This document shows, piece by piece, positions 12,089 through 24,329 of a DNA stretch of 64,000 nucleotides; the stretch's first letter is position 1, and every line of letters starts with the position of its first letter. The notes beneath the pieces are model-generated. The model saw only the letters and a list, made by a program, of their open reading frames with translations. It was not told the origin of the DNA and did not search any database. Source of the DNA: Eledone cirrhosa. Lineage: Eukaryota. A program made the position numbers and the translations under genes. The stretch covers positions 30,318,001 to 30,382,000 of the forward strand of contig OZ024750.1 of assembly GCA_964016885.1 (NCBI GenBank), in the 5' to 3' direction.

Positions 12089-12092
<4 letters not shown>
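11541..12092 (+). mobile_element. Internally deleted (bipartite) RTE-like element: 5' UTR-like part joined to C-terminal C2H2 finger and 3' UTR
   Basis: ctaggagaagaaaaactctga motif resembles RTE 5' regions; 11960-12031 translates CSVCTRVFKSLAGLKSHTRSTHR*; ctcg-aaaa-cgag hairpin precedes the (AT)n tail. Confidence 0.6.
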
Positions 12093-12131
<39 letters not shown>

Positions 12132-12516
12132 CATACATACATTCGGATCTAGCTGTTGAAACGGTCGAAGCTCAGCCGCCGGGGTCCTGACTCTTTTCCT
12201 CTTACCCACTCTACTATCCTAAGTATTGAGTACTCTGGTGCATTATGGTCCATCTGGTTCCTTACCACACTTTCTTTGTTATATATATATATATATATAA
12301 AATCCAATATGTTGAAAAGGTGACACACTAGAGAGAGATGCAGTGTGCCATCAATAAAACAGGGAAAAACCACCAGTGTATGGAATCTATAACCTATGAA
12401 AGGCAGGGTAGACACACGATAATTTAAAATATAATTTAAAGTGTATATACATATAGTATTTTAAAGAGCTCACGATTCCTTCTCCTTTGAGCACATTATT
12501 GAAAGGGAATAGCGAG

Positions 12517-12584
<68 letters not shown>

Positions 12585-12883
12585 GAGGCACATGGCTTAG
12601 TGGTTAGAGCATTGGCCTTGCAATCAAAAGGTTGTGAGTTCAATTCCCAGACCGAATGATGTGTTGTTTCCTTGAGCAAGACACTTTATTTCACATTGCT
12701 CCAGTTTACTCAGCTGTAGAAATGAGATGTGGTCGTGCAGGTGCCACGGAAAAAAAAGCACCCAGCACTCACTATAAATGAGGTTGGTGTTAGGAAGGGC
12801 ATCCAGCTGTAGAAATCAAGCCAGAATCAGTTCCCGTTCCACCCTTGCAAGCAGGGAAAAGTGGACGTAAAATATGATGATGA

Positions 12884-12887
<4 letters not shown>
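12585..12887 (+). mobile_element. SINE B copy with internal deletion
   Basis: Same head, body and tail as the other SINE B copies. Confidence 0.9.
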
Positions 12888-12936
<49 letters not shown>

Positions 12937-13568
12937 TATATACATATATATAGTTGAAAAAATGAACAGAGAACAAAAAACAGAGAGGCAGTACAAATGG
13001 TATGGTTTTTAGTTTCACGCTTGAGAATGGGAGCTATACATATACATATATAGAGGGGGGGGGGGGTACCAGCCAGAGAGATAGATAGATAGACAGAGAG
13101 GAGAGAGAGAAAGATGGCTTCTATAGGATGATTTCATACAAATGAAACAGTTCTTGTCCTGTAAAAATCATTGCTATATAAAAATAAGTATGCATATTCT
13201 CTACTATAGTATTGAGTACTTTATTTAACTGTGGTTATTTCCTGATCTCCTTTGGGATACCATCCTTAATTATATATATGTGTGTGTGAATAATTTATTG
13301 TGTGTGAGTGTGAGTGAGTGTGTGTGTGAGTGAGTGTATGTAAGTGTATGTGTGTGAGTGTGAGAGAGTGTGTGTGTATGATTATGTCCGAGTGTTGAGC
13401 CAAATCTTTCCCCCAAAACTACCTAAAAGTGGAAGACAAGGTATACTAAGTCATAATGGCTTTCATCACAAACAAATGCTATTCCTCAGAAGTTTATTTA
13501 GAAAAAAAGGTGTTTTCTTTACTGTGGAACCTGTTCACAGAAAACAACAACAAAAATACCAGCTAAAG

Positions 13569-14179
13569 CAGAGGTTCTCAAACTTTTGGGGCCACATAAT
13601 ACCCTTAGCGCTCCCTCACCCCTATTTCCAGAGAGACCTACCTTCAAGCAAATTGTAAATAATATATAAATAAAATCGTTAATCTATATATAATAAATAA
13701 TATAATTGTTTCTACTTTTGGCACAAGGCCAGCAATTACCCCCACTGGGGTTACTGGTACTTTATTTTATCGACCCCGTAAGGATGAAAGGGAAAGTTAA
13801 CCTCGGCGGGATTTGAACTCAGAACATAAAGGGGTGTAACTCTATGCTGCAAAGCATGGCGTCCGACCCTCTACCAATACTGCCAATACTATGTATAAAT
13901 AAATAATTACATATTTTTTATTTTACTATAATTTTTTATATAATAGTTTCTACTTTTGGCACAAGGCCAGCAATTACCCCCACTGGGGTTACTGGTACTT
14001 TATTTTATCAACCTCATAGGGATGAAAGGCAAAGTTAATCTCAGCGAGATATATATAATATGTATCATTTGATATTTGATATACAACTATATCATCTCTA
14101 CCACCCACTTAGGCCTAGTGTCCCCTGAACATTCTCAACGGGCCCCTGGGTGTGGTAGCACCCACTTTGAGAACCTTTG
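13569..14179. mobile_element. hAT (Charlie-like) MITE with 8-bp TSD, containing two SINE A insertions (13702-13890, 13940-14047, minus)
   Basis: TIRs cagaggttctcaaa / tttgagaacctttg; agctaaag duplicated at 13561-13568 and 14180-14187. Confidence 0.88.
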
Positions 14180-14353
14180 AGCTAAAGCATGCATGACCAA
14201 TACATATACCAATAATATATATGTTAATTGAAGCATGACACAATCATGTTTTTAACACATCTGGTGCTTTCAAATGTGAGTGTTCCAGTTGTTTGAACAA
14301 TAGCCTGCTCATGTAGTTCACAGATATACTGAGTAGTTCACAGATATACTTTT

Positions 14354-14826
14354 TTAACCCTTTAAAATTTAAACCGGCTATATCCTGCCAGAATTCTTTC
14401 CCCTTTTTGAAACCGGCCGTAACCAGCAGCTCACACCGACGTTATTAACCCTTTAATGTTCAAACCGGCCAAAACCGGCCAGAATTCTCTACCTCTTTCT
14501 GTTGAAACTGGCTGTAACTGGTCGCTCAAACTGACGTTAAGGTATTGTTCTCAAAATAAATACTTTTAAAATCTCATAGATTCGATATTATGTGAGATAA
14601 TTATGTGAGATAAAGCCTTTACCATGAAAATATAAAAGTATATATAGAGTAATGTGAATGCTAAAGGGTTAAAATAAACAATAACCTTATCAAAACCTCA
14701 TAGACTTATTATGTGAGATAAAGCCTTTACTATGAATATATAATAGTAAATATAGAGTAATCATCATCATCATCACCATTTTACGTCCATTTTTCCACTC
14801 TAGCAATGTAAATGCTAAAGGGTTAA
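14354..14826. mobile_element. piggyBac-like MITE family 1, with duplicated left and right ends
   Basis: ttaaccctttaa at 14354 and ~14445; aatgctaaagggttaa ending at 14672 and 14826. Confidence 0.85.
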
Positions 14827-15223
14827 AGTGCTTACATTTGTCTAAAAACTTTAAATAAGGATCTTTGTTAAGTTATGCCCCAAACACCAACATGGTTTAG
14901 TAATATAATCAATTTTCTCATAACCATTCTAAATGCTCAGGCTGAATCAGTATGACACACACATGACAAAGCTGGACTTTTCAGTTACAGTTACTGCTTA
15001 TTTGATGGACTTCCTCACAGTTCCTGTCTACCAAATTTCACTTACAATGATTGAGTCAACCTGAGACTGTGATGTAGACACATGTCCAAGACGTCACAAA
15101 GTAGGATGAAACTCAGGCCTTCATTATTGTAAAGTGACCTCAACCATCCATGTCTGTGACCCCCCCCCCTCCCCACCTTCTCATATAAACATGAAGTGAC
15201 TTCAACCATGGCTGCCCCACCCT

Positions 15224-15572
15224 GATGATGATGATGGTAATGATGGTAATGATGATAATGATGGTGATAATGATGATAATGATGGTGATAATGATGATAA
15301 TGATGGTAATGATGATGGTGATGATGGTGAAGATGATGATGAAGATGATGATGATTGTGATGATTGCGATGATGATGATTGTGATGATGGCGATGATGAT
15401 AATGATGCTTATAATGGTGATGATGGTGGCGATGGTGGTGATGATGATGGTGATGATGATGATGGTGATAATGTTGATGGTGGTGATGGTGATGATGATG
15501 ATGATTGTGATAATGATGCTAATACTGCTGATAATGATGATAATAACAATGATGATGATGATGATGATGATA
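15224..15572. repeat. Degenerate (ATG)n trinucleotide repeat
   Basis: Directly visible; source of the poly-Met/Ile ORFs. Confidence 0.95.
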
Positions 15573-15990
15573 TATAATCCACAAACACAGCTTTGTCGGA
15601 ATCTGATAAAGTCACCCAACAATTATTTATTCCCCATAATAAAACACTGAGTTATATCCCAGATGTATGTTATGTTTTAGTTACAATAAAACAAAATAAA
15701 CACAAACAATGCTAATGTTTCATTGAGTTGGTTTTGTTTAGTGATTTTCTGTCAGATTAATTTTTAGTAAGATACATTCTTAAAAAGATTAGTTTTTACT
15801 CAATACTTCATAGTAATAGAATTATATGGCTGTAATTGTGAGACATTCTCAGAAGAAAAGTTATTATGTCAGTAGACAAGATTTTCTTGAAGTGGGTTAT
15901 GAAGACCTCTTCTCTGGAAGTAGGTCATGGGGACCACTTAGTATACTAACAAAAAAGAAAAAAATTTGGGATTCTGAGAGATTAATGTCT

Positions 15991-16150
15991 TTTAACCTTT
16001 TAATGTTCAAACCAGCCAAAACCGGCCAGAATTCACTACCTCTTTCTGTTGAAACTGGCTGTAACTGGTCACTCAAACTGATGTTAAGGTATTGTTCTCA
16101 AAATAAATACTTTCAAAATCTCATAGATTCGATATTATGTGAGATAATTA
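15991..16150. mobile_element. Partial MITE family 1
   Basis: Matches 14445-14605 and 26208-26360. Confidence 0.8.
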
Positions 16151-16151
16151 G

Positions 16152-16990
16152 CACGGCGCCCAAGTCTTGGGTGTACACTAAAGGTGATGCCAACATCATT
16201 TGGGCAAAGCTGATGGAATGTTTTCCACATCATGCAGATAATGTGGTGCTCATGGCAACGTTGGAGAGAATAAAGGTTGAGCTTTTCTAATCGACTCCAA
16301 TAGTCAAGACCTGTCATGCCTATCTATCTTTTTTGTAATCGATCTTTGGGGTGCTTTAACTTTCATGATACTTTGTTTCGTGTGGGGAGACCACAGTGGA
16401 TAACAGTATTCAAGGTGGGGTCGGGCAAAAATGGAGAAGAGAAGGCTAACAGTGTGGATATCTCTTGACTGAAAGGTTCTGAGAATCCAGGAACACATTC
16501 TGTAGGCCATGTCAACTTTGCAGTTTATATGAGTGGCCCAGCTTATGTTGTCCACAATTACTCCCAGGTCTCTGATGTTGTTGGATGCCACTAGAGTTTC
16601 ACTCTAAGGAAGAGAGTATGGTAGTTTCAGGGCATCCTTTTTTCCAAAGTGGATTAATTCAAACTTATCCTCATTCAACAGCATATTATTCTTTTCTGTC
16701 CATTGGATAACAGCCAGTAGGTCTGACTGAAGGCAAGTCCGGTCACCCACCTCATTGATGACCCTTTGGAGCTTGGAATCATCTGCGAAGATTCTTATGT
16801 TGCTGTGCTTGATGATGTCAGCAATGTCATTAATGTAGATGATGAAAAGAAGTGGGCCCAACACATTGCCTTGTGGGACGCCACTGCTGACTTTGGCTGG
16901 GCTTGATTTTACTCCTTCGACTATGACATGTTGGGTTCTGTCTGTCAGGAAACATTTGATCCACTGTAGTAACTTTCCAGAGAGTAACTT
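16152..16990 (-). mobile_element. CR1/L2-group LINE reverse transcriptase C-terminal fragment (frameshifted)
   Basis: [84 protein letters not shown]. Confidence 0.92.
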
Positions 16991-16996
16991 TCCATT

Positions 16997-17008
16997 TATA
17001 TATATATG

Positions 17009-17059
<51 letters not shown>

Positions 17060-18320
17060 CTATACATATATATATATATATAAATATCTATATCTATATA
17101 TATATTTATATCTATATATATATTTATATCTATACATATATATATATATAAATATATATATCTATATATATATTTATATCTATATATATATTTATATCTA
17201 TACATATATATATATAAATATATCTATATCTATCTATCAATATATCTATATATATATCTATATCTATCTATCTCTCTCTCTATATATATATCTATATCTA
17301 TCTATCTATATATATATATATATATCTATATATATATATATATCTATATCTATCTATCATCATCATCATCATCTTCGTTTAACGTCCATCTTCCACGCTT
17401 GCATGGGTTTGGACGGGAGTTTTCCCACTTGAGGCAAGAGTGGTTGTCTTGCTCGCATAGGACTGTCTGGCTGGTTTTCTACAGCTGGATGCCCTTCCTA
17501 ACACCAACCAGATTTACAGTGTGGACTGGGAGGTTTTTATCGTGTTACCTACACGGCCACATTACAGCGTGGACTGTGTGTTTTTTTGTCGTGACACCTA
17601 CACGATCTCATTTGTTTCGGCCTGGATGTTGTGGTACCCACATAACTTTACATTGAAAGGGGTGGTGTGGATGAGGTGGGGGTAGTGGAACGGGGGTGTA
17701 TTTTGTTAGAGGTGCCTACTGACTGTAGTAGGTTTCACTTTGCACTTAGGTAATATATATATATCTATATCTATAATATATATATATATATCTATATATA
17801 TATATATATCTATATATCTATCTATATATATATAAATCTATCTATATATATATATATCTATATCTATCTATATATATATATATCTATTTCTATCTATATA
17901 TATATATATATATCTATATCTATCTATATATATATATATATCTATATCTATCTATATATATATATATCTATATCTATCTATATATATATATATCTATATC
18001 TATCTATATATATATATATATCTATATCTATCTATATATATATATATCTATATCTATCTATATATATATATATCTATCTATATATATATATATATATATA
18101 TCTATATATATATATCTATATCTATCTATATATATATATCTATATCTATATATATATATCTATATCTATCTATATATATATCTATATCTATATATCTATA
18201 TCTATCTATATATATATATCTATATCTATATATATATATCTATATCTATATATCTATCTATATATATATATATATATAGATATATATATAGATATAGATA
18301 TATATATATATATAAATACA
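16997..18320. repeat. (TA)n/(TATC)n tracts surrounding an RTE-tailed SINE-like element (17357-17750, minus)
   Basis: Directly visible; 17357-17620 has the catcatc..aacgtcc..ttccacgcttgcatgggtt tail and the ggatgcccttcctaacacc body. Confidence 0.88.
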
Positions 18321-18377
18321 CATATTAATAAATATCAGTGTAACAAACAGTAGACATATTAGACTGTGGTCAGTGAT

Positions 18378-18593
18378 TTAACCCTTTACCATTTACATTG
18401 TTCTATATTTACTATTGTATTTTCATGGGAAATGTTTTATCTGACATAATATCGAATCTATGACATTTTGATATTATTTATTTTGAGAACAATAACTCAA
18501 CATCAGTATGAGTGGCTAGCTACAGCCAGTTTCAACAGAAAGAGGTGAGAGAATTCTGTCTGGATACAGACGGTTTAAATGCTAAAGAGTTAA
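18378..18593. mobile_element. MITE family 1, uninterrupted
   Basis: ttaa-ccctttaccattta ... taaatgctaaagag-ttaa. Confidence 0.85.
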
Positions 18594-18639
18594 CACACAC
18601 ACAACATAGAGGTGGTAGGGTGTAACACATTACTACTCA

Positions 18640-19288
18640 CATTTAGTATGGCTGAACATACACACACACACACACACATACACACACACATACATATACA
18701 CACTGTTAGTAAGGTTTAACACACATAAATACATACACACACTGTTAGTATACCTTAACACACACACACACACACACAAATACATACACACTGTTAGTAG
18801 GGTTTAACACACACACACACATACATACACAGTTAGTAAGGTTTAACACACACACATACATACATACACACACACACACAGTTAGTATGCCTTAACACAC
18901 ACACAAATACATACACACACTGTTAATATACCTTAACACACACACTGTTAGAAGGGTTTAACACACACACACACAAATACACACACACTGTTAGAAGGGT
19001 TTAACACATACACATTTGTAGTAGTGCTTAACACACACACACACTGCAGATCACATTGGTAGTAGGCTGCAATACATACACATACACACTCTCACACTCA
19101 CACACAAGACAACACTGCTTGTAGGGCTTAACTCACACACACACACACACTATTTGTAGGGCTTAGCACACACACACTAACACACAACACAGTATGGCTT
19201 AACACACACTCATACAAATACACACTGTTAGCAGGGCTTAACATACACACACACACACACACACACATACATACACTTTTATTAGGGC
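18640..19288. repeat. Minisatellite ctgttagtagggtttaa(ca)n
   Basis: Directly visible units of variable length. Confidence 0.85.
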
Positions 19289-19684
19289 TTAACCCTTTAC
19301 CATTTACATTACTTTATATATACTATTGTATTTTCACAGTAAAGGCTTTACCTCACATAACATTTACATTACTCTATATATACTATTGTATTTTCATGGT
19401 AAACACTTTCTTTCACATAATTATCTCACACCGAGTTCAAAGCCGAGGTTGACTTTGCCTTTCATCCTTACGGGGTCGATAAAATAAAGTACCAGTAATG
19501 CACTGGGTAATTGCTGGCCTTGTGCCTAAAGTAGAAACAAATATCAATCTATGAGATTTTGATGATATTTATTTTGAGAAGAATACCTTAACATAAGTAT
19601 GAGTGGTCATTTACAGCCAGTTTGAACAGAAATAGGTGAGAGAATTCTGGCCGGATACGGCCGGTTTGAATGCTAAAGGGTTAA
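19289..19684. mobile_element. MITE family 1 with internal duplication and a 5'-truncated SINE A (19431-19540)
   Basis: TTAA termini; SINE body interrupts the MITE consensus. Confidence 0.85.
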
Positions 19685-20297
19685 GACACACACACATACA
19701 CACACACACTCACACAAACACTCGTACACACACACAAACACTCATACACACACAAACACTCACACATACAATGTTATTAGGGCTTAAGACACACACACAC
19801 ACTCACACACACACACAGACAGACACAGACTCACACAGACACACACACACACAGACCGACACACACACACACAGACCGACACACACACACACAGACCGAC
19901 ACACACACACACAGACAGATAGAGGCACACAGACACTACTAGACAATGATGACAGACCTGAAGCCATATACACCCAGAAAGTAATCTCTCCTCCGTGGGA
20001 AATTATAAAGATAATAAAACATGAGACAACAAATATCGTGAATCACTTACCATGTCAACTTCTTACTGTTGTAGCTTTCGTTTCATACAACTTTATATTT
20101 TATGTCTATATATATATATAAATTTAGACATATATGTGTGTGTCATATATCTATCTATCTATCTATCTATCTATATATCTATCTATATATATGTCATATA
20201 TATATTATATATAAACTATAACTTACATAATACTTCCTATTGCCATAAATACATGAGAATTCTATTTAAAGCTTATAAACTCCCATGGGATTCTCAT

Positions 20298-20630
20298 CAT
20301 CATCATTTTATGTCTGCTTTACTCTGCTTGCAAGGGTGGGACGGGAACTGATTCTGGCTTGATTTCTACAGATGGATGCCCTTCCTAACACCAACCTCAT
20401 TTACAGTGAGTGCTGGGTGCTTTTTTGCCGTGGCACCTCCACGACCACTTTGCAGTGGAATGATATGGACCCCAGTCCCTATCATCTCATTTCTACAGCT
20501 GAGTAAACTGGAGCAATTTGAAATAAAGTGTCTTGCTCAAGGAAACAACACATCACCCGGTCTGAGAATTTAACTCGCAACCTTTCGATTGCAAGGCCAA
20601 TGCTCTAACCACTAAGCCATGTGCCTCCAT
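20298..20630 (-). mobile_element. SINE B, full length
   Basis: Head, body and tail as in the other copies. Confidence 0.92.
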
Positions 20631-20693
20631 ATATATATATATATATCATCATCATCACCGTTTTACGTCCGTTCTTCCACGCTAGCATGGATT

Positions 20694-20739
<46 letters not shown>

Positions 20740-20821
20740 ATGTGTGTGTGTGTATGTATAAAGTTTGTACTCATATATAAGTGTATGTATGTATATGTAT
20801 ATACATATATATATATATATT

Positions 20822-21530
20822 GTTATACTTGGGGAGGGTCATATTTGTGTAATAGTATTGCCAAAATTAATAACAGAACACACTCACTGTTTGGTTGGTT
20901 TTCGCTTCAGTGTCTTTTATATCGGTAATTTAATTTATTCGGTCTTCAATGTTACCATTGACTGACCAACGGTCAAAAATACAGATACAATATAGACACA
21001 AACACATATATATATAGTCTATCAAAGTTCTTTCGTTGCACATCTGCAACATCGTCAGTGGTGCTATTATGTTTCCTCCCGTTGCATTGTATGCTTACGC
21101 CATCTTTATTTATTTGTTTATTTTTTTGTCTTCTCTGCGCATGTGTTTGCGTGTGTGTATAGTGTTTTGTTTGATGTGTGTTCGTGTTTGGGTGACTGTG
21201 TATTGGTTCTTGTATTCTATGTTAGTTTACTAGTGTGTGTTTATATGTGTTTGTTGTTATTGTGCTTGTGTATGTATTTATTTATTTATTTATTTTTACT
21301 TCTCTTAGGTCAGTGTTGTTTGTTTGGGTGTTGTAATTCCATTTATTTTTTCTGTTTAGCCTTGGCCTTCTAAGTTCTATTTCGCTGGCCTCCCTGATTT
21401 GCCTATCTGCTGGGTCAATTCTATGTTTAGATATTTTTCTAATTTCTATGTTGTCTATGTTACTGTCGTGTTGTTGTCTGGCATGTTCGTATAGTACTGT
21501 TTCGACACATGATTTCATATCAAAAACCTC
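20822..21530 (-). mobile_element. 5'-truncated Penelope-like element: GIY-YIG endonuclease C-terminus plus 3' pseudo-LTR
   Basis: ORF 21282..21518 has LYEHARQQH..IEIRKI..RQIREASEIELRRPRLNR, matching the H..H / R.I.EA..I....P.LN motif of Penelope GIY-YIG domains; degenerate hammerhead downstream. Confidence 0.78.
21021..21062 (-). ncRNA. Degenerate hammerhead ribozyme
   Basis: CTGACGA-t-gttgca-gatg-tgcaac-GAAA-gaac-TT; stem II perfect, stem I only 3 of 4 pairs (acca/tgat). Confidence 0.5.
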
Positions 21531-21557
21531 GCAAAACTAATTCATATATATATTGAT

Positions 21558-21905
21558 GGAGGCACATGGCTTAGTGGTTAGAGCATTGGTCTTGCAATCG
21601 AAAGGTTGTGAGTTCAATTCTCAGACCGGGTGATGTGTTGTTTCCTTGAGCAAGACACTTTATTTCACATTGCTCCAGTTTACTCAGCTGTGGAAATGAG
21701 ATGATAGGGACTGGGGTCCCTATCATTCCACTGCAAAGTGGTCGTGGATGTGCCACGACAAAAAAGCACCCAGTACTCACTGTAAATGAGGTTGGTGTTA
21801 AGAAGGGCATCCAGCTGTAGAAATCAAGCCAGTATCAGTTCCCGTCCCACCCTTGCAAGCAGGGAAAATGCGGACGTAAAATGAAATGATGATGAAATGA
21901 TGATA
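21558..21905 (+). mobile_element. SINE B, full length
   Basis: ggaggcacatggcttagtggttagagc head; ggacgtaaaatgaaatgatgatg tail. Confidence 0.92.
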
Positions 21906-22281
21906 TATATATACATATATACATATATATGTATGTATGTATGTATATGCGTACAAGAGAAGTGGGTAGATAAGGTAATTGAAGTAGTCAGAGTATGTGA
22001 CAGAATTATCAAGCCCAGAATAGTCATAAGCAATAGATTGACAACAATTATCTCTAGCTATATCCCACAATCAGGTCTAAGTAAAGAACAAAAGGACCGT
22101 TTCTATAAGCAACTCCTACAGACAATTTCAGTTACTGATAACAGAGACCTCATCATCTTAGCTGGCGATGTACATGTACATGTTGGGCAGCACCAGGAGG
22201 GACACACCAGGGTACATGTTGGATATGGTTATGGTTTGAGAAATGAAGATGGAGCAAGGTTCTTAGAGTTCTCTTATGCAA

Positions 22282-22530
22282 ATAATAATAATAATAATAA
22301 TAATAATGAAATTATTGTGTAAAGTGCTCAGGTGCACTACAACTCATCAAAGGTGCATGTATAGTACATAGAATAATATACAAATGTCAGGGAAGTGAAT
22401 AGTGTATGAGTCATGATATACATGTGTGTATGTGTATGGAGAGGGAACATTGGGTGTAGTGTTGGCGAATCTCGGGAAGCATGGAGGTTTTAAAGGATGC
22501 AGTGCAGTATCTCGACAGCTAACAACTAAA
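22282..22530 (-). mobile_element. 3' end of an (ATT)n-tailed retroelement inserted into the RTE fragment
   Basis: (AAT)n run at 22282-22307 breaks the endonuclease frame; unrelated sequence follows before RTE homology resumes. Confidence 0.55.
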
Positions 22531-22959
22531 CTAAACTTTTTTCAGGAATAACTTCCAAAAACCAGCCAATCACCTGATCCTCTACAAATCAGGTAAACAC
22601 ATGAGCCAGATTGACATTTTATTTGTAAGAAAACATTGTAAGCAGATGGTTATGAATACTAAGTCCTTCTCCAGAGATGAATACACCATACAACATAAGT
22701 TAGATATTAGTGACACCAGAATAAGTACAAGATGGAACAAGAAACACAGGAAAATATGGAGGAGGAGATAATGGAAACTAAAGGACCTTTCTGTTAAATA
22801 TAGGTTCAGAAAAACTCTACATATGACAAGATGGAGGAGTTAGATATTAATGACAGAGGACAACTGGAAGTTCCTACTTGACAATGTACTACAGGCTACT
22901 GATGGGACTTGTGGCTGGAGCTAGACAGTGTGAGTTAGTGGTGGAACAATATAAAGCTG

Positions 22960-23184
22960 TTAACCCTTTAGCATTTTCATTATTCTATATTTATTATTGT
23001 ATTTTCACAGTAAACATTTCATTCAAAATATTTATCTTATATAATATTGAATCTATGAGATTTTGATTTTTTTTTTAGAACAATACCTTAACATAAGTAT
23101 GAGCAGCCAGTTATGGTCGGTTTGAACAGAAAGAGGTGTGAGAATTCTGGCCAGATAAGGCCAGTTTAAATGATAAAGGATTAA
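22960..23184. mobile_element. MITE family 1 inserted in the RTE fragment
   Basis: ttaaccctttagcatt ... aatgataaaggattaa. Confidence 0.85.
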
Positions 23185-24329
23185 AGCCAAGAGACAGGCA
23201 GAGACCAGTACTGAGTAGCTAAAAGAGAAGCTAGTAAATAGGTGCACAACACACAGAGAAGCTGAGAACAGATGGTTTATTAATGTCTCTCATCATGAGG
23301 ATGAGGGACATGAGGTATTTCACATTACAAAGCACTACTCAAAATAACCCAGGTGAGTTATGGAGGATAATGCAAAATTGGCGAATTTTGTCATGTTGGC
23401 CCTCATGCCTAACCCCTATTTTAGCAGAGAAGATGACCGTAAAACACTTTTTATTGTATCTTACTAACTTATAGTCATCAGAAATTGAATAACAAAGAGT
23501 ATTCTGGAAAAAAAAAACCTAAACCCACTACTACTGAAGTTGATGTTAGCCCCGGGTCAGCTCTAATCAAACAGATCTAGATTGAAGACATTCCAGCCAT
23601 GGTCATCCAATCTTTATTTCAGACAATTTGCGTTATCTAATATGTTTATCCTTTTATTAACTCTTTTATTGTCATATCTCTAACGAAAGACACTGTCTAT
23701 GGGATTCAAATAATTTTTAAAAATTGAAGGATCATAACTTTCTTGCTATTAAGCTGGTGTTTGGAACATAACAAAAGTTCTTAAATAAAAGTATGATGGA
23801 AGGTTTTTAGATGAAAAACAGATGTTAAGTGATGAGGATGATGATAAACACTTTAAAATAAACAGTATTATATTGTAGAACTAGGGGCAGTTTATCAAAA
23901 GGATTAAAATTGTCAAATCTGGTTTGAGGTGAATTTAGTTGCTGTTTCCAGCACATCGAGTGACCATGTAGAGTATCCTATGTTGTTGTAGTTACTGTTA
24001 TTATAAACAACAGTTTTATGGAATCATAGTTAGATGAAATATAGGAAAAAATAAACTGACAACCTTGAGATTTTGTCCTAGTTTTGTTGAGTAATTTGAT
24101 ATATTGTAACATATTGCAGTGCTGTTGTTGTTGTTTTATATTGTGTAATAATGTAGTTTAGTCACATTTAGTTGTTACAGCTGTTGTTGTTGTTGTTGTT
24201 ATTGTTGCTATTGTTGTTGTTGTTGTGTTGAAGAAGATGTTTTGTGGTATTTTGTTCTAGATCTTTATGTTGTTCTTATTCTCCCACTTATTCCTGAGAT
24301 GCTTGTGTGTGGGTGGTGGGTGGATGGGT

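Larger units (their letters stand above)
21955..23345 (+). mobile_element. RTE LINE apurinic endonuclease region, decayed and twice interrupted
   Basis: DRII..IISSYIPQSGLSKEQKDRFY..IILAGD..HVG..GYGYGLRNEDGARFLEF; resumes ~22545 with KPANHLILYKSGKHMSQID. Confidence 0.85.

Noticed and set aside
15140-15650. Poly-Met/Ile hydrophobic ORFs
   Set aside because: (ATG)n repeat.
21558-21630. tRNA genes at SINE heads
   Set aside because: A and B boxes present, but no complete cloverleaf and always fused to a SINE body.
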